Positions 12,601-25,051 of a stretch of DNA of 64,000 nucleotides are shown here, piece after piece (within the stretch, counting starts at the first letter, position 1; every line of letters starts with the position of its first letter). The stretch covers positions 186,001-250,000 of the forward strand of contig NW_003314308.1 of assembly GCF_000143415.4 (NCBI RefSeq). The letters run 5' to 3'. The notes below the pieces were generated by a model, which was given only the letters and a program-made list of their open reading frames with translations, was not told the origin of the DNA and searched no databases. The position numbers and the translations under genes were made by a program. Origin of the DNA: Selaginella moellendorffii (lineage: Eukaryota > Plantae > Lycopodiophyta).

Positions 12601-12775
12601 GCCTTTCAACTCTATTAATGTGAATGTATAGAATATAGAAATATATTAGCCCAAAAACCCTAGTTTATATACAAGAGTTAATGGTTCAGATTAAAACTAA
12701 TTTAATAACTATCAAAATCCCACTATGCTAATGTTAGTATATGGCATTGTAGTTGTACTCTTGGACCTCTTAGCA
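6605..12775 (-). mobile_element. Old, heavily decayed Ty3/gypsy LTR retrotransposon with a nested LINE fragment
   Basis: Diverged LTR-like direct repeats ~6605-6775 and ~12619-12775 share ATTAGCCCAAAAACC..TTAAAACTAAT..AATAACTA..CCCACTAT.CTAATGTTAGTATAT.GCATT, and both end in CA. A purine tract (minus strand) abuts 6775. Integrase remnant PFKLVAFNLIGSFPQSTTSNKYVIIIFNYLTHWVEV at 7560-7805. RNase H remnant PFISHVDAYYINLGGV..YPIAY at 8510-8716. Gag-like remnant (PMEIG) at ~11600-12500. Confidence 0.75.
8800..11600 (-). mobile_element. 5'-truncated L1-like LINE remnant inserted in the gypsy element
   Basis: LWEVWKARYNRIF (9705-9914) matches the plant L1 ORF2 C-terminal WxIWKxRNxxIF motif. An RYLG-type RT-end motif lies near 11470-11485. 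Many stops; boundaries approximate. Confidence 0.7.
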
Positions 12776-13339
12776 TTTATAAAAACTTGATAAAAAATTT
12801 AAGTATAATTATTATATTTTACTAAATTATAATTTAATATAATATCATTTTAACTATATTAAAAGTTAGAAAAATATTTATTCTGAATTTTCTATCAATT
12901 GTACAACCATAGTATCCAATTTTTTATTTCATTTTTTCAAACTCAAGAATTTGTTAAATATAGATCTTTGAAAATTGTATAACCAAAACATATTTTAAAT
13001 GGTTGTAAGACTTGACCTAATATATTCTATATCTTTTTTTATATATATCCAATAAATGCAAGTATTATAATTTTGTAAGTAATTATGTAGCACAAAATTG
13101 TAATTTGAAAAAATTATATAAGAAAGCTAAATCTGGATAAATTGTGATGGTGATTTTTTTAAGGATCATCAACTCAATATTTTATTTAGAAAAATAAAGA
13201 ATTTCTAAATGAAGCATAAAAAATTTATAAAATCCATAAATATAAGTATTATAATTAATGTGTCAAAAGTATTTATAAAGAAAAGATATTTTTAAAATAT
13301 CAAATTTTGATAGTACTTATTACAAAAACACAATATAAA

Positions 13340-16300
13340 CAATCAAAGAAAATGACTTATGAGACAATCTGTACGAGTTCAAATCCCAACACTCTACCAA
13401 GGTGAGATGAGGTATGGGGTATAAAAACACTTATATCTCATTGTCATATGCTCTTAGTTGAGGAAACTAACTTAGGCACACTAGTAAATGGGGGAATGCC
13501 CTTGGGGTTATATTTAATAAGTTGTATGATTGAATAGATACATTTGATATGAGTATTAAACTTCTTTTATAGGTGGTGGAGTTGTAAGGAACCAACTCTT
13601 TGAGATGTCGTAAGTTAAAAGATCTTTAAAATCATGATTGGAACCATAAAGAATTCATTAGATGAGATCGAGTTCAAGATCGAATCCAAGACTAAATCTA
13701 AGATCAAATCCAATACTAAATCTAAGATTTGAGATCGAGTACGAGGTTGAGTCCAAAATTGAGTCTAAGATAAAGTTTGAGAATAGATTCAATTACTAAT
13801 ATAAATCATGAGATGAAATCCAAAAGTGATTATCTCCTAGAGGGGGGGCAGGGGGTTCCAAAAGTATAGTAGGGATAGTGAGGTTTAGTTTTGAAAGAAC
13901 TCTTTAATGATACTTTTAAATTGAGTTAAGGTTGGGACTAAGGCTTAATGGCTTTGGGTGGTGAACTTGGCGGATGTTAAAGAAACCTCCCAAGGAAGTG
14001 CTTAAGAGTAATTCCCATTCCCAAAAGGGAAATTAATTGTAATGCTTCTAATGTAAGTGACTAAATTTTCCATTCTACTTTAATCACTTAACCACATTTT
14101 TATCTATTTAGAAATGTCTTTCTCACAACCTCAATAAATTTTATTCTCGACTTAGTCCCATGAATGACATCTATGCCATTTAGCCTTTGCACTTGGTCTA
14201 AATGCTCCACATGTCCAATCCCACAATAAGCACCTAAGGATACCATTGGCATATCAACTCGTTACATTAAGGTTATGTTCATTCACATTTGTTTTGTAGG
14301 TAGTCCAAAACCACTTATACCACAGTCTCATCTCCCAAATATTGGGCCATCCATTCATGAATGATCATCCCATGACCACACCTTAGTATCCTTAAGATGC
14401 TTAGAGACATAAGAGACACCTTTCCCTAATATTCCTTCTTCAATCCTTATTAACTCCCTTTTGTCCACGGTTGTGCTTGCCAACACTACTATTGGATCAA
14501 GGCCCAAAGGCTTAACCACTAAGTCCCATTAACTGCTGGGACTTCTTTGCCACAAAACTATATCGTTAGTCACTACACAAAAAGATTACTCCTCTTCTTT
14601 TCCACAGTTTAAGACTTTTGGATGACATTTCAAAATATTGTAGACTAACATGAGTCTCATGGGTACTTTCCCCATCTTCCACCTATGGGTGCCCTAACCA
14701 TGTAGCTAGAGTGAGGCTCTACTAAGCCACACCAAGTATCCAAGTAGATAGTGCGACCCACACTTAGATTGGGAACATCAACCATTGAATTTCTTGGGAA
14801 AACTAAAGCCAACTCTTGAACATTTCACCAAGTTACCCCACTTGTCCGTTCGTGTTCATTTTAGCCTTAAACTCCTCAATAATTATATCATCACCTACCA
14901 TAGGTATAACTTTCATTGGTTACACTAGTTTTCCTTAGCCAAACTAGTTCCACTAGAGTCCTCCCTCTACTATCCTTTTGGAGCTCACCAACCCCCTAGG
15001 GTTTGGGAGATGATCACTTTGGGCTTTCACTTTTGGACTCAGACTCGAACTTAAACTTGGACTCGGACTCGGACTCGGACTCGGTCTTAGTTTTGGTCTT
15101 GGTCTTAGTCGCGGTCATAGTCTTGGTCCCAGTCTAGGTCCTAGTCTCAGTCTCAGTCCAGGTCTCAGTTCCGGTCTCAGTTTTAGTCTCAATCTCAGCC
15201 TCAATCTCGGTCCTGGCCTCGGTCCTAATCCCTATCTCGGACTCCATTTTGGACTCCATCTTAGACTCTATATTGGACTCTATCGCAGACTCCTTCTTAG
15301 ACACCATCTTGAATTCTATCTCGAACTCCTTTTTGAACTCGATCCCGACACTTTCATGTGTCACAACACTTGCTATGTGTCAGTGCTTCTTGTGTCCTTT
15401 TCTAAAGACTCATTCAACAATTGCTTCGTGCTCTTTCCTACGAGCACTTTATTTGGAGTTTTGCTTCTGCTCTTGCCTTTTTGAGTTAGAGCTTTTGGTC
15501 CTAACGTGTTATGCTTGTTAAACTTTTGTTTCAACTACTGCCATATAACACACTTTCAGCTTCATTTTGGGGCTTAGGGATTTGTATCTCACACTTAGCT
15601 CATGTGGAGTGGTGCCCCACTTTAATACTATATGGCTTATTGGTTCTCACTCTTTCCTAGGGGCTTGCATACTTAGCTGTTAGGCTACAATATTTATCTC
15701 AAACTAAGAGATGTATTTAAGGCTTGGGATTTAGAGGGTCTTATGATCAAATTTTCTTATACCAAAGGATGTTAAAAACCTAGACACTTGGTATATTTAG
15801 TTGCTTATGCCTACAGAAAGTGTAGTTAAACTTTAAATCTAATGTAACTCAGGGAGGGGGATTAGGAAGAATTTAGGAATCTATAGATGGATGGTTAGCA
15901 CCTCATTACTTATATAGTGAGTAGTTAAATCCAAGTAGGTCCAAATATGAGATAGTACAATAAGTGTGAACCTTAGCAAAGAAGCTTAATTGAGGCCAAG
16001 GCAAAAGTGATTAGATAGATGAGGTAAGTTGGCAAATTAGAAATAAAAAATTTGTGGTTGTTTAATTAAAAAAAAACATTGCAATGGCCCTTGTAGATAT
16101 TAGTGCAATGTGATTTCTACCTAGTGCTCTAAATGTTAAAGTGAAGAAATTAAGCAAACATAGATAAATGGCAAGAGTAATTATGACTCTCTTAGGTAGC
16201 CAAATGCGTCATCATCTAATTAGTGACATGCATGAATGGATTAATGAGATTCCCATTGTCCCTCTATTATCTAGCTAAACCATGGCTAAGGGAACGAGCT

Positions 16301-18060
16301 TAGAAGAATTAGTAAAGAAAAATACCTTATTAAGATTAATTCTAGTTTGACTTTGTGAAATGATTTAAAAGATGATTTATAAAGGTTCAAATATAAAGGG
16401 AAAAGGCCCATAAATAAAAGTGCAGTTTTTTTTTAATTGATTAAAAAATTTAGGATACTTAGGGTTAAGTGTCTTTGAAGGCTAGATGACCTCTAAAAAT
16501 TTAAATCAAGGAATTTATATTTGGTATTATAGAGGTCTAACAAATCCACCACACTCACCTAGTCCAATACTACTCAGACTTAATACATGATTTGTAAGGG
16601 TTAAAATATAAAAGGAAAGGGCCTAATACTACTAAATTTTTATTTAGCTAAAAATAAAACTTTGATAAAAAATCTAGAAAACAAATTTAATACTGGGTTG
16701 GGTGAGCATGGTGGATTATAAATAATAACTCGAAAGACAATCTATAAGAGTTCAAATATAAAAGGAAAAAACCTCTAAGAAAAAGTCCAAATCTAAAAGT
16801 ATTATTAATATCTAAAAGGGGTTCCTTATAGAGAATTCCAAAAGTATAATAGAAATAGTGAGGCTAAGGATATAATTTTGAAGGAATTTTCTAATAGTGC
16901 TTCAAAACTAACTTAAGGTTGAAACTAGGGGTTAATGGCCTTAAGTGGGACTAAGCATAAGTGCTAAAGAGACCTTCTGAGAAAGTGCTCAAAGGTAATT
17001 CCCACTCCTAAAAGGGAAATCAACTACAATGCACCTAACTTATATGAAATCATGCCCTACTTCAATACTATATAATTTCTTAGTTCTCACTCTTTCTTAA
17101 GAGTTTTGGCCTTCTCTTTGGGATGGAGGTGGGAAAGTAAAGTTATTTACACTAAGCTATTAGGCCATAGTATTTTCCTTTAGGGTCCTAAATTGAGAGA
17201 TGCACCTAAGACTTTAAAGGGTTTCATAATCAAATTTTATTATACCAAAGAATGTTAAAAATTTGGACGTTTAATGTGTTTGGCTATTTGTCCCTACAAG
17301 GAACATAAGTAAACCTTAAATCTAATGTAACCTGGGGAAGGGGATTGGGAAAAAATTTAGGAATTTATGGATGGATAGCTAACACCCTATTATTTATATA
17401 GTGAATAGCTAAATCCAAGTAGGTTTAAATAAGAGATAATACAATAGGTATACAAGATTTCTAGTATCCTTATCTACTATCTAGCAAAACAATGGGGAAA
17501 GAAGACCTTGACTCTAGCATGACTTTGTAAAATGACTCAAAAAGTGATCTATATGGGTGGCCTATAAACAAGAGTACACCTCCTTTTTAAATTAGTTAAA
17601 GATTTTGGGATATTTCAAGTTAAATGTATTTAGGTTTGATAATATTGGGCCCAATACTACTCAAATTTAATACATGATCCATAAAGTTCATAACATTCAA
17701 ATTTAAAAGGAAAGGGCCATGAACAAAAGTCTAATCTAAAAATTTTGTCAGTATTTGAAAACGTTAGTCAATGTGATACTACTAAAGTTTTATTTAGCTA
17801 AAAATAAAACTTAGATAAAAAAAATCAAGAAAAAAATTTTTAGTACTAGATTGGGTGAGTGGTGGATTGTAAGCAACCAAAGAGAATAACTTACAAAACA
17901 ATTTATAAGAGATCAAATATATAAAGAAAAAACCCATAAATAAAATTCTAAATTTATATGTCTTAATAGTATTTGAAAAAGTTGTTCAACATGATACTAC
18001 TAAAGTTTTAATTAGCTAAAATAATTGATAAAAAAATCAAAAAAAAAATTTAGCTTAAAA
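13340..18060. repeat. Degenerate TE-derived repeat mosaic (inverted and direct copies, 6-bp tandem tract)
   Basis: 13660-13900 is an inverted copy of 14940-15360, which contains (GGACTC/GTCTCA)n. 13860-14060 resembles 16840-17040, and 15660-15970 resembles 17150-17450. Modules at 16380-16800 and 17570-17960 are reverse complements of modules at 51500-52620. Confidence 0.7.
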
Positions 18061-18851
18061 CTTATGTACTTCATGTATTATGTAAAATAATTCATTTAAA
18101 ATTATAGATTGATGTAGGTAATAAGTTAATTATAACTTTATTAATTTCTCCAAATTTTTATACTCATAAATATATCTAAGATTTTTATTTATATTAATTT
18201 TTTTCTTTATTGGCTTAACTCAATGAGTCAAAAAGTTTCAGTATTAATATTGTTATTAACTTCAATCCATCTTTAAATTATATAGATAAAATTATTTGAG
18301 GTTGTAAAAATGCAATATCTGCAATACAAATATACTTTCTAATCTGACTTTCAATAATTGTTCAACCAAAAAGAATTTTAAAAACTATTCAATCATAGTA
18401 ACTTTAAGCTTATTCTAAATTAAAGTCCCAAATCAAACCAACTATTGGAAATTAAAATCCCAAATAAATCCTTTAGCAATATAATATTAAAATCCTAAAT
18501 AAAACCTTGAGAAAATACAATATTAATAATCTCAAATGAAATCTCTTTATATCTTTAAAAGTTTTAACAGCAGACTTCCAGATTGCTCTTACAATACAAT
18601 ATACCTTTAAAATCCTAGAGTTTATAAATTATTACTATAAAGCTGATTGATGCATAAGCTATCTTAAAGTGGAAATTTTATATTATTTTATATTTTTCCC
18701 TTGAGTTAACGATCAGTGTAGGAGATGAGAAACAAACCAGAAAATAGTAGGAAATTTAGAATTAAACTTGACTACAAATTAGAGAAAGTTCGTGAAGATA
18801 TTCTAGAATACACTTAGAGACTCTAGGTATATTCCTAATCTTTAATTAAGT

Positions 18852-20072
18852 TTATGTTGCTGTGACGAGCCTGGCAAGGTTCTGCGTATTCTCCATCAAC
18901 ACCTGGAACAGAGAGCTCGTTAGATGAGAGGAGGAAAGAAAATCGTGTTACCTCACGCATGTACCGCGCTGCAGCTTTCGCTCCCTCCGCCGCAAGTTGG
19001 AAGACGTTCTCAAAGTGTTCCAGAGGCATCTTAGAATCCATTTGCAGTAACGAGACTTTGTCCACCTTGGGGAACAATGCCACAGTCACGTCCGGGCCAC
19101 CACCACTGTCCTCGACGTAATTCAGATCTAAACCAAGAGTAACTAGCAAAGCCACAAAGAAGAGAGAAGCTTGTTACCCAGTAAAGGCGTTCCATTGAGG
19201 TAACCGGCAGCGCAGGATGCAACGAGATCCCGCATTGGAATGCCTGCTTCCGCTAAAGCCAGTGCTGCTGCATTGATACATGCTGATCGTGTGCCTTCAA
19301 AACAAGAAAAGCAAATTATTTGGAAACGATCTCCAGAGATTTAGACATCCTTACCTCCATCGGCCTGGAGAACTTGAACATAGATATCGATCTAGTAGAA
19401 CAGTGGTGAGAAAACTTAAACATCAGTGCAGCCACGTACCTGTGATTTGGGCATTAGATTCGTAAGAATTGCCGCTTCTAGAGTCTGCCGGATGACAAGT
19501 GATATCTCTGTGGAGCGCCTATCCAAGAAAAAAGAAAAACGAGTCTTGCGGGATTTATCTCGAGTGGAAAACATACCTGTTTCCTTTGCCTTTCCTTCGG
19601 CGATCGCCAGTGCTGAATGCGGCCATGCTATATTCGCATCGTACCTATAGTTTTCCTTTCTCGTTTAGAAAAAGAAGAAACGAACAACAAAACGAAGAGC
19701 AAAAGATCTTACAAGAGCCCGATCCCAAAGCTGCTGTGAGCGATTATGGACCTAATAGAAAATCCATTCGCTTGCATCGATTCCGCAGAGAAGGAGAGAA
19801 AGATTACCTCGTGAGGACCATAAACAGCGGCAATCACCTTCGTGTTCCCCATCTCAAACATTGCCGATCTGCGTGTAATCGCCAGAGTCAAGAACACCAG
19901 AAACTCCAGCTCACCCATTCGCATTCTCCACAACGCCGAGCTCCGCGTGGAGCTGCCGCATCTGCGATCCATCACATCAATCAACGCTTGCAGCGAATGG
20001 CGCCGCCGCCGTCCCTACCTCCAGCGGCCGCCGCCCATCGAGGCGCAAGCCTTCCGGCCCCACGAACTCCAT
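18852..20072 (-). CDS. RRP41: Exosome complex component RRP41 (RNase PH family), multi-exon
   Basis: [18 protein letters not shown]|[16 protein letters not shown]|[20 protein letters not shown] ... [16 protein letters not shown] ... LLQMDSKMP ... [16 protein letters not shown], with short GT-AG introns. Confidence 0.93.
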
Positions 20073-20591
20073 GGCGAATTTTAGGGCATACGCTTAAAAC
20101 ACGTCACACGTAAGCCCTAATATGAAATTAATGGTATCAACACGTGGCGCCCGCCCAAGAGTGGGCCCGTAGCACGCCTCGTGGACCAATGAGAAGAGCC
20201 CACATTGTATAGGAGAGTACACACAGGTGTCCGCTTGTGGGGCATGGAGGGGCTGCCCGCCTGCCCGAGAGGGCTGCCCAGCCCTGCCCGGGGGTGAGAG
20301 AAGAGAGCGAGGGCGTCGAGGCGCGAAAGAAAAAGGGCAGAGGACTCATGAGTGACGCGCGTTCCTGGTGCCAATGGCGGACGAGGAAGGCAAGCAGCGC
20401 CTAAATCTCTTGTGCTGCGGCCTCTGGTGTGGATTCATGTGGTGGGAGGAGCGGCGCGTGACCTGATCGTCATAGGGATCGCCTCTATCCTCGCTACGGT
20501 ACGTTCACTCCTAGATTCACGGTCCTAGGGGAGGAATTCTCGCATTCATCGGCCAGATCGGGCAGGGCAGGGGCTTGCGTTGCTCTAGATT
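20073..20591. promoter_or_regulatory. Divergent RRP41/PP2C promoter region with ABRE
   Basis: Canonical ABRE ACACGTGGC at 20140-20148. Further ACGT cores at ~20099-20113, site-II-like TGGGCCC at 20162-20168, and CGCG(T) coupling-element-like motifs at ~20354 and ~20454. Confidence 0.6.
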
Positions 20592-22343
20592 ATGGATTCT
20601 TTGGACACGGCGGGGACGACGACGACGACGCCTCCCCGCTCGCTCAAGATCCGTGGCTCTCCAGGGGCTGTAGCACGCCGTAGACGCGCCGAGATCAGGA
20701 GGTTCCGGGTGGTCGCCACCAAGACGAACTTGGTGTTCCCAGAGCCTGTGCACAAGAGGCCTCGATCATCCTCTCCGAACGGCCGCTCCTCTTTGCCATC
20801 CAAGAGGTCTTCTCCGGCGGCGGCCACGACCAACTTTACCATCACGGTGTCTTGCCACCAGGGCATGGACAAGCATGAGCTTTCCAACGGGTGGCAAGGA
20901 AACGGTGGCGATGCTGGTGGTGGCGAGCACAGCTTCTCCGGATCGATCAGCGCTCCTAGCTTTAGTTTTGGTAGTGATAGCAGTAATAGTAGTGGGACGG
21001 GAGTTTCCACGGTCACGACCGCTGGTGCCGGCGGAAGAACTTCAAACTCGACCCCAGAGAATAGCGAGGAAGAGACGGTCGATGGTTCTTCCAAGGATTT
21101 GCCAGCGGCAATGCAGCTCCTGGACGGGATGGCTGTTTCGGGCACTGCTTGCAACAGGAGCACCCGCTGCATCGCCAGCGATACGTGTCCCCCGCATGGA
21201 GCCGTATTCATATGTGGCAGGCGCCGGGAGATGGAGGATGCCGTCGCGGTAGTGCCCTCTTTTATGACGGTGCCGTGCGGTACTGTTGGAGGCTGCGAGT
21301 GTAAAGGTGCCACGCTGCCTTCCGCGGACGTTGGCATGTCCGCGTTACACTTCTTCGGAGTCTATGACGGCCATGGCGGACCTCAGGTAACCAACTATTT
21401 GCTTTGACTATACTGTTCCTCGTTGTTTCCTCGTTGTTTAATACCTTGCTTCTTTCAGGTTGCTGGCTTCTGCAAGGAGCAAATGCATCGCGTCCTCGAG
21501 GAAGAGTTTAGTGGCGTTTTGCCAGGCATGGGTGACAGAGAGCTGGAGGCACATCTTCAGAGAGCAATGGTGGCGAGCTTTCTGAAAGTGGATGCGCAGG
21601 TGGGAGGCTTCCTCGAGGGCAATTTGAGTCCGTCAGCTTCTCCATTCATAGCTCCCGAGACAGTCGGCTCGACTGCTGTGGTAGCCGTACTGGGACCAAA
21701 CCGGATCATCGTCGCCAACTGTGGTGACTCGAGGGCCGTCCTTTCGAGAGGGGGGCGAGCCATTCCTCTCTCCGTGGACCACAAAGTGAGTTCTTCTTCT
21801 TCTTCTTCTTCTTCCTTTGATTTTGTTCTGATTTTGTATGCGCTTGTTTTGTTTTGCAGCCAGATCGAGAGGACGAGCTGGCCCGAGTTGAGGCTGCCGG
21901 AGGGAGGGTGTTTTTTTGGAACGGTTATAGAGTCTTAGGAGTTCTGGCAATGTCGAGAGCAATTGGTACGTTATGCAGCAGCCTTTGTGTGTTTTTTCTC
22001 GTTGTCTCGGAGTTACTTGACACATTATATTAATCTTGTTTTCATCACAGGTGATAGATACCTCAAGCCGTTTATAATCCCAGAGCCGGACGTTACTTGT
22101 ACAGAGAGAAGTTCGGAGGACGAGTGCCTGATATTGGCCAGCGACGGCCTGTGGGACGTGCTCACCAACGAGATGGCGTGTGACATTGCACGGAAGTGTC
22201 TCGTTAGGCATCGAGCTCGGCAGGGCGGCGAGAGTGCCGCAGACATGGCTGCTGGATTACTGACCAAGGTCGCGATTGCCAAAGGCAGCACTGACAACAT
22301 CAGTGTGGTGGTGGTGGATCTAAGCTCATCCATGCGAAGGTGA
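20592..22343 (+). CDS. Clade A protein phosphatase 2C (ABI1/AHG3-like ABA co-receptor); exons 20592-21386, 21459-21785, 21860-21965, 22051-22343
   Basis: [73 protein letters not shown] (includes the ABA-sensing Trp of clade A), [24 protein letters not shown]. The N-terminal [11 protein letters not shown] resembles the AHG3/HAI subgroup. Confidence 0.93.
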
Positions 22344-22595
22344 CGGAGAGAACTTTGGTGTATTGAGAAATTTTTTTCTCTTTTCTTCCCTCGCTCGCTC
22401 GCTCTCTCTACATCTTCCTTTTTCCTTTCTCAAATTTCCTCCTCGCAGCTATCTGTGTTCTTCTTGCCATGCAAAAAGACAAAAAAATTGTTATACACTA
22501 GAGGAAGTCTATTGAAGTTTTTGAGGGATAAGAAAAGGACTGCTCTAGAATCAACATGGCAAGAATCAACATGGCAAAAACTATGAGGGTTCAAC

Positions 22596-22646
22596 ATGGC
22601 ATCGATCGATCGATTCAGCAACTAGACTACGATCGATCGATGCCAT
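22596..22646. other. Perfect 17-bp hairpin downstream of PP2C
   Basis: ATGGCATCGATCGATCG (22596-22612) and CGATCGATCGATGCCAT (22630-22646) enclose a 17-nt loop. Confidence 0.8.
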
Positions 22647-25051
22647 ATCGAAGTTTGAAGCTTTTGTCGGGATTTGAACAAATATCAAAGTGTCGGGATT
22701 TGTGTTTGTTAAACTTTTGTAAATATCACAAGTCTTTTGGATTGCATCATCCTCAAACTATATAAAGTCGAGGGGTGTTGTCGCCTGGATGTGTGGTTCC
22801 ATTCAAGAGCTTACACATAGCGCGCACAAAGAAGAAGAAAAGAAAAAAAGAGGGAAGCTTAGCATCTTTCACGTGGAGCACTATCTCCAGACAAAATCTT
22901 TGGCTTCATATCACACTACCACGGTCATGGCTGCTCTGTCATTTGCAATATAAAAATCAATAACACTGTGCAGCGATTCATTTTACGGGGATGGCATACA
23001 AATTTAGCCATTGTTCACAGTTCTTTTTCTATAAAAGGTAATAATAATTTAGATTCAACTTCTGGAAGCTGCGGATTGGCATTTACAACTTTTAGTTTTG
23101 TGGAGTGGTCATTGAGAATTTTGTAACCACGAACACACTTTTTCGTTGGCAAAATTTTGTTGGATATATGGAAAGTAAAAGTAACCATTCGAGAATCTTA
23201 TCTCTAAAGCTAATATTTATTCGACCAAATGCAACTTATCTCATTCGCTTTATGGAATGGAATCAAAACCCACACCCCCCTGTCAAGTTGCATAGTTGCT
23301 GCCCTCGAGGTCCAGGTATTCCGACGAGAAAGCTGATGTTACGCAGCAAAGGTGCGAATATAAACCGTAGCGAATGTTTGTGCGTCTCACTCTCTCTCTC
23401 TCTCTCTCCCCCTTTGATTGATCGATCGCATCAAATCGAGCAACAGTTGAAAAACAAAAATAGAAAGGTAAAAAAACGAATAAAACTTTCCATGCTAAAT
23501 CAAGAACACCAAGGTCGTGCCATGGAACATATTTGGTAGGACTAGCCATCACTGCACCAGTGTCTCGCTACCACTTGAACACGATTCCAAAGTTGCCTAT
23601 GGAAGTTTTACTTTTTCATCTCTAGCGCGTGGAGAAAGATTGCAACTAAGAGTACCATGTCCCAGGGTTGCTTGTAGCCCGCCTCTCTTCTCTCGTCTCG
23701 AGGTCTCCTTGCTTGCCTTGACCAACCTGCTAACAGTGTTAGGTCTTTCTCTTCGCCAAGAAAACCACGCTGATTGGACGAGGCAATGTACTAAGGCTTG
23801 CTGTAAAACTTCCAGCGAGACACGCATACTATATACAATATTATAAATTAATTTTTAGTCTAAATTTAATTGTAATTGTAATTTTAATAATTTTAATATT
23901 AGGAAAAGTATTGTGGTGAATCCAATCCAAGCCATTCTCTCGCTATACTATGCAGATTAGCAATACCAATAATTTTGCAAGGTAGAGATCCAGACCATGT
24001 CATCGGATTAGAAGGTAGTCACACCATCGCTGTGTGTGCTTGTCTTGTTGTCTGCGATCTCTAAGTACTTTTTGCGTGATTGCATAGGAATACTTAAGCT
24101 ATTTGATAGAATCGCTACGATCGGATACTCCGGGCTCGACGTACGCCTCCGGGAGGGCGACACTTCCGTACGAGTTGAATGTCACAGATCATGCTCGGAG
24201 CACTCAGCCTTTGGCGAGCTCGATTTGCTCACACCCCAAGTGTGGACCAAGATCCAGCCAAGTGGCATCTGTGGTGCTCAAAGTCGGTGATTAAACAACG
24301 CGTCGCGAGGGGCGCGAGGGGCATTTTTTTAACACGCTTCACTAACCTAAACCGTAAAATATATGAAGATGGGTGATGCTTAAACAAATGCCCAATAGAT
24401 CTTTGGAGAGCGTTCTTGGCTTCTTGTCGAGTTTGTAGCAGGAATCCTGTGCCGAAACTGGTCAACACCCATAGCTTTAAATACCAAAAGAAGGAGAGGG
24501 AAGAAGACAATAGTTGCATTTTCCTCTCTCCCCCGTTTTGGAATTCTCAGTGAGAATTGAAGAAAATTGTAAAAAAGGTCACTCAGATCCACGGAAGGGA
24601 AGTGAGGAGATGGCTTGCTTCTAATCCAGTTCATCTCCATCCAAATTTTCATGGCCTGGAGCACGTTGACTGGCTGCTATGCTGCCACTTTGGGGTATAC
24701 CCATTCAGGGCATATGTCTTAAAAGGGGCCGGCTCTCCTCGGCTAGAAAACACGCCCATGATATTTTGGCAATTTGTCGCGAGCAGGAGAAGCCTCTGGC
24801 GAACTCGAAAGCAACAAAACAAAGATAAAAACACCGGGGGAAATATATAATAAAAGTATATATATTCTTCGTTTTCATTTTAATGTACACAAGCAAAAAA
24901 ACCAAGGAAAAAAAGCTCGAGGGAAAGAGAGAGGGGACCGGGGGCCGATTCAAATGGCTATATGCACAAGAGCGGCTCTCCACTTGTCCCCCCACGAAAA
25001 ACTTCGCAAACCTTTCCTCTCTCGACGATGGACGCTGCATTCTCTCATCCA

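Noticed and set aside
15134-15521. E/T/S-rich and D/S-rich ORFs
   Set aside because: Products of a hexamer tandem repeat inside decayed TE sequence.
23500-24520. Short ORFs or a possible snRNA/snoRNA between PP2C and NCED
   Set aside because: No recognisable protein motif, and no match to the U-snRNA, 7SL or tRNA sequences I can recall. An Rfam scan would be needed.
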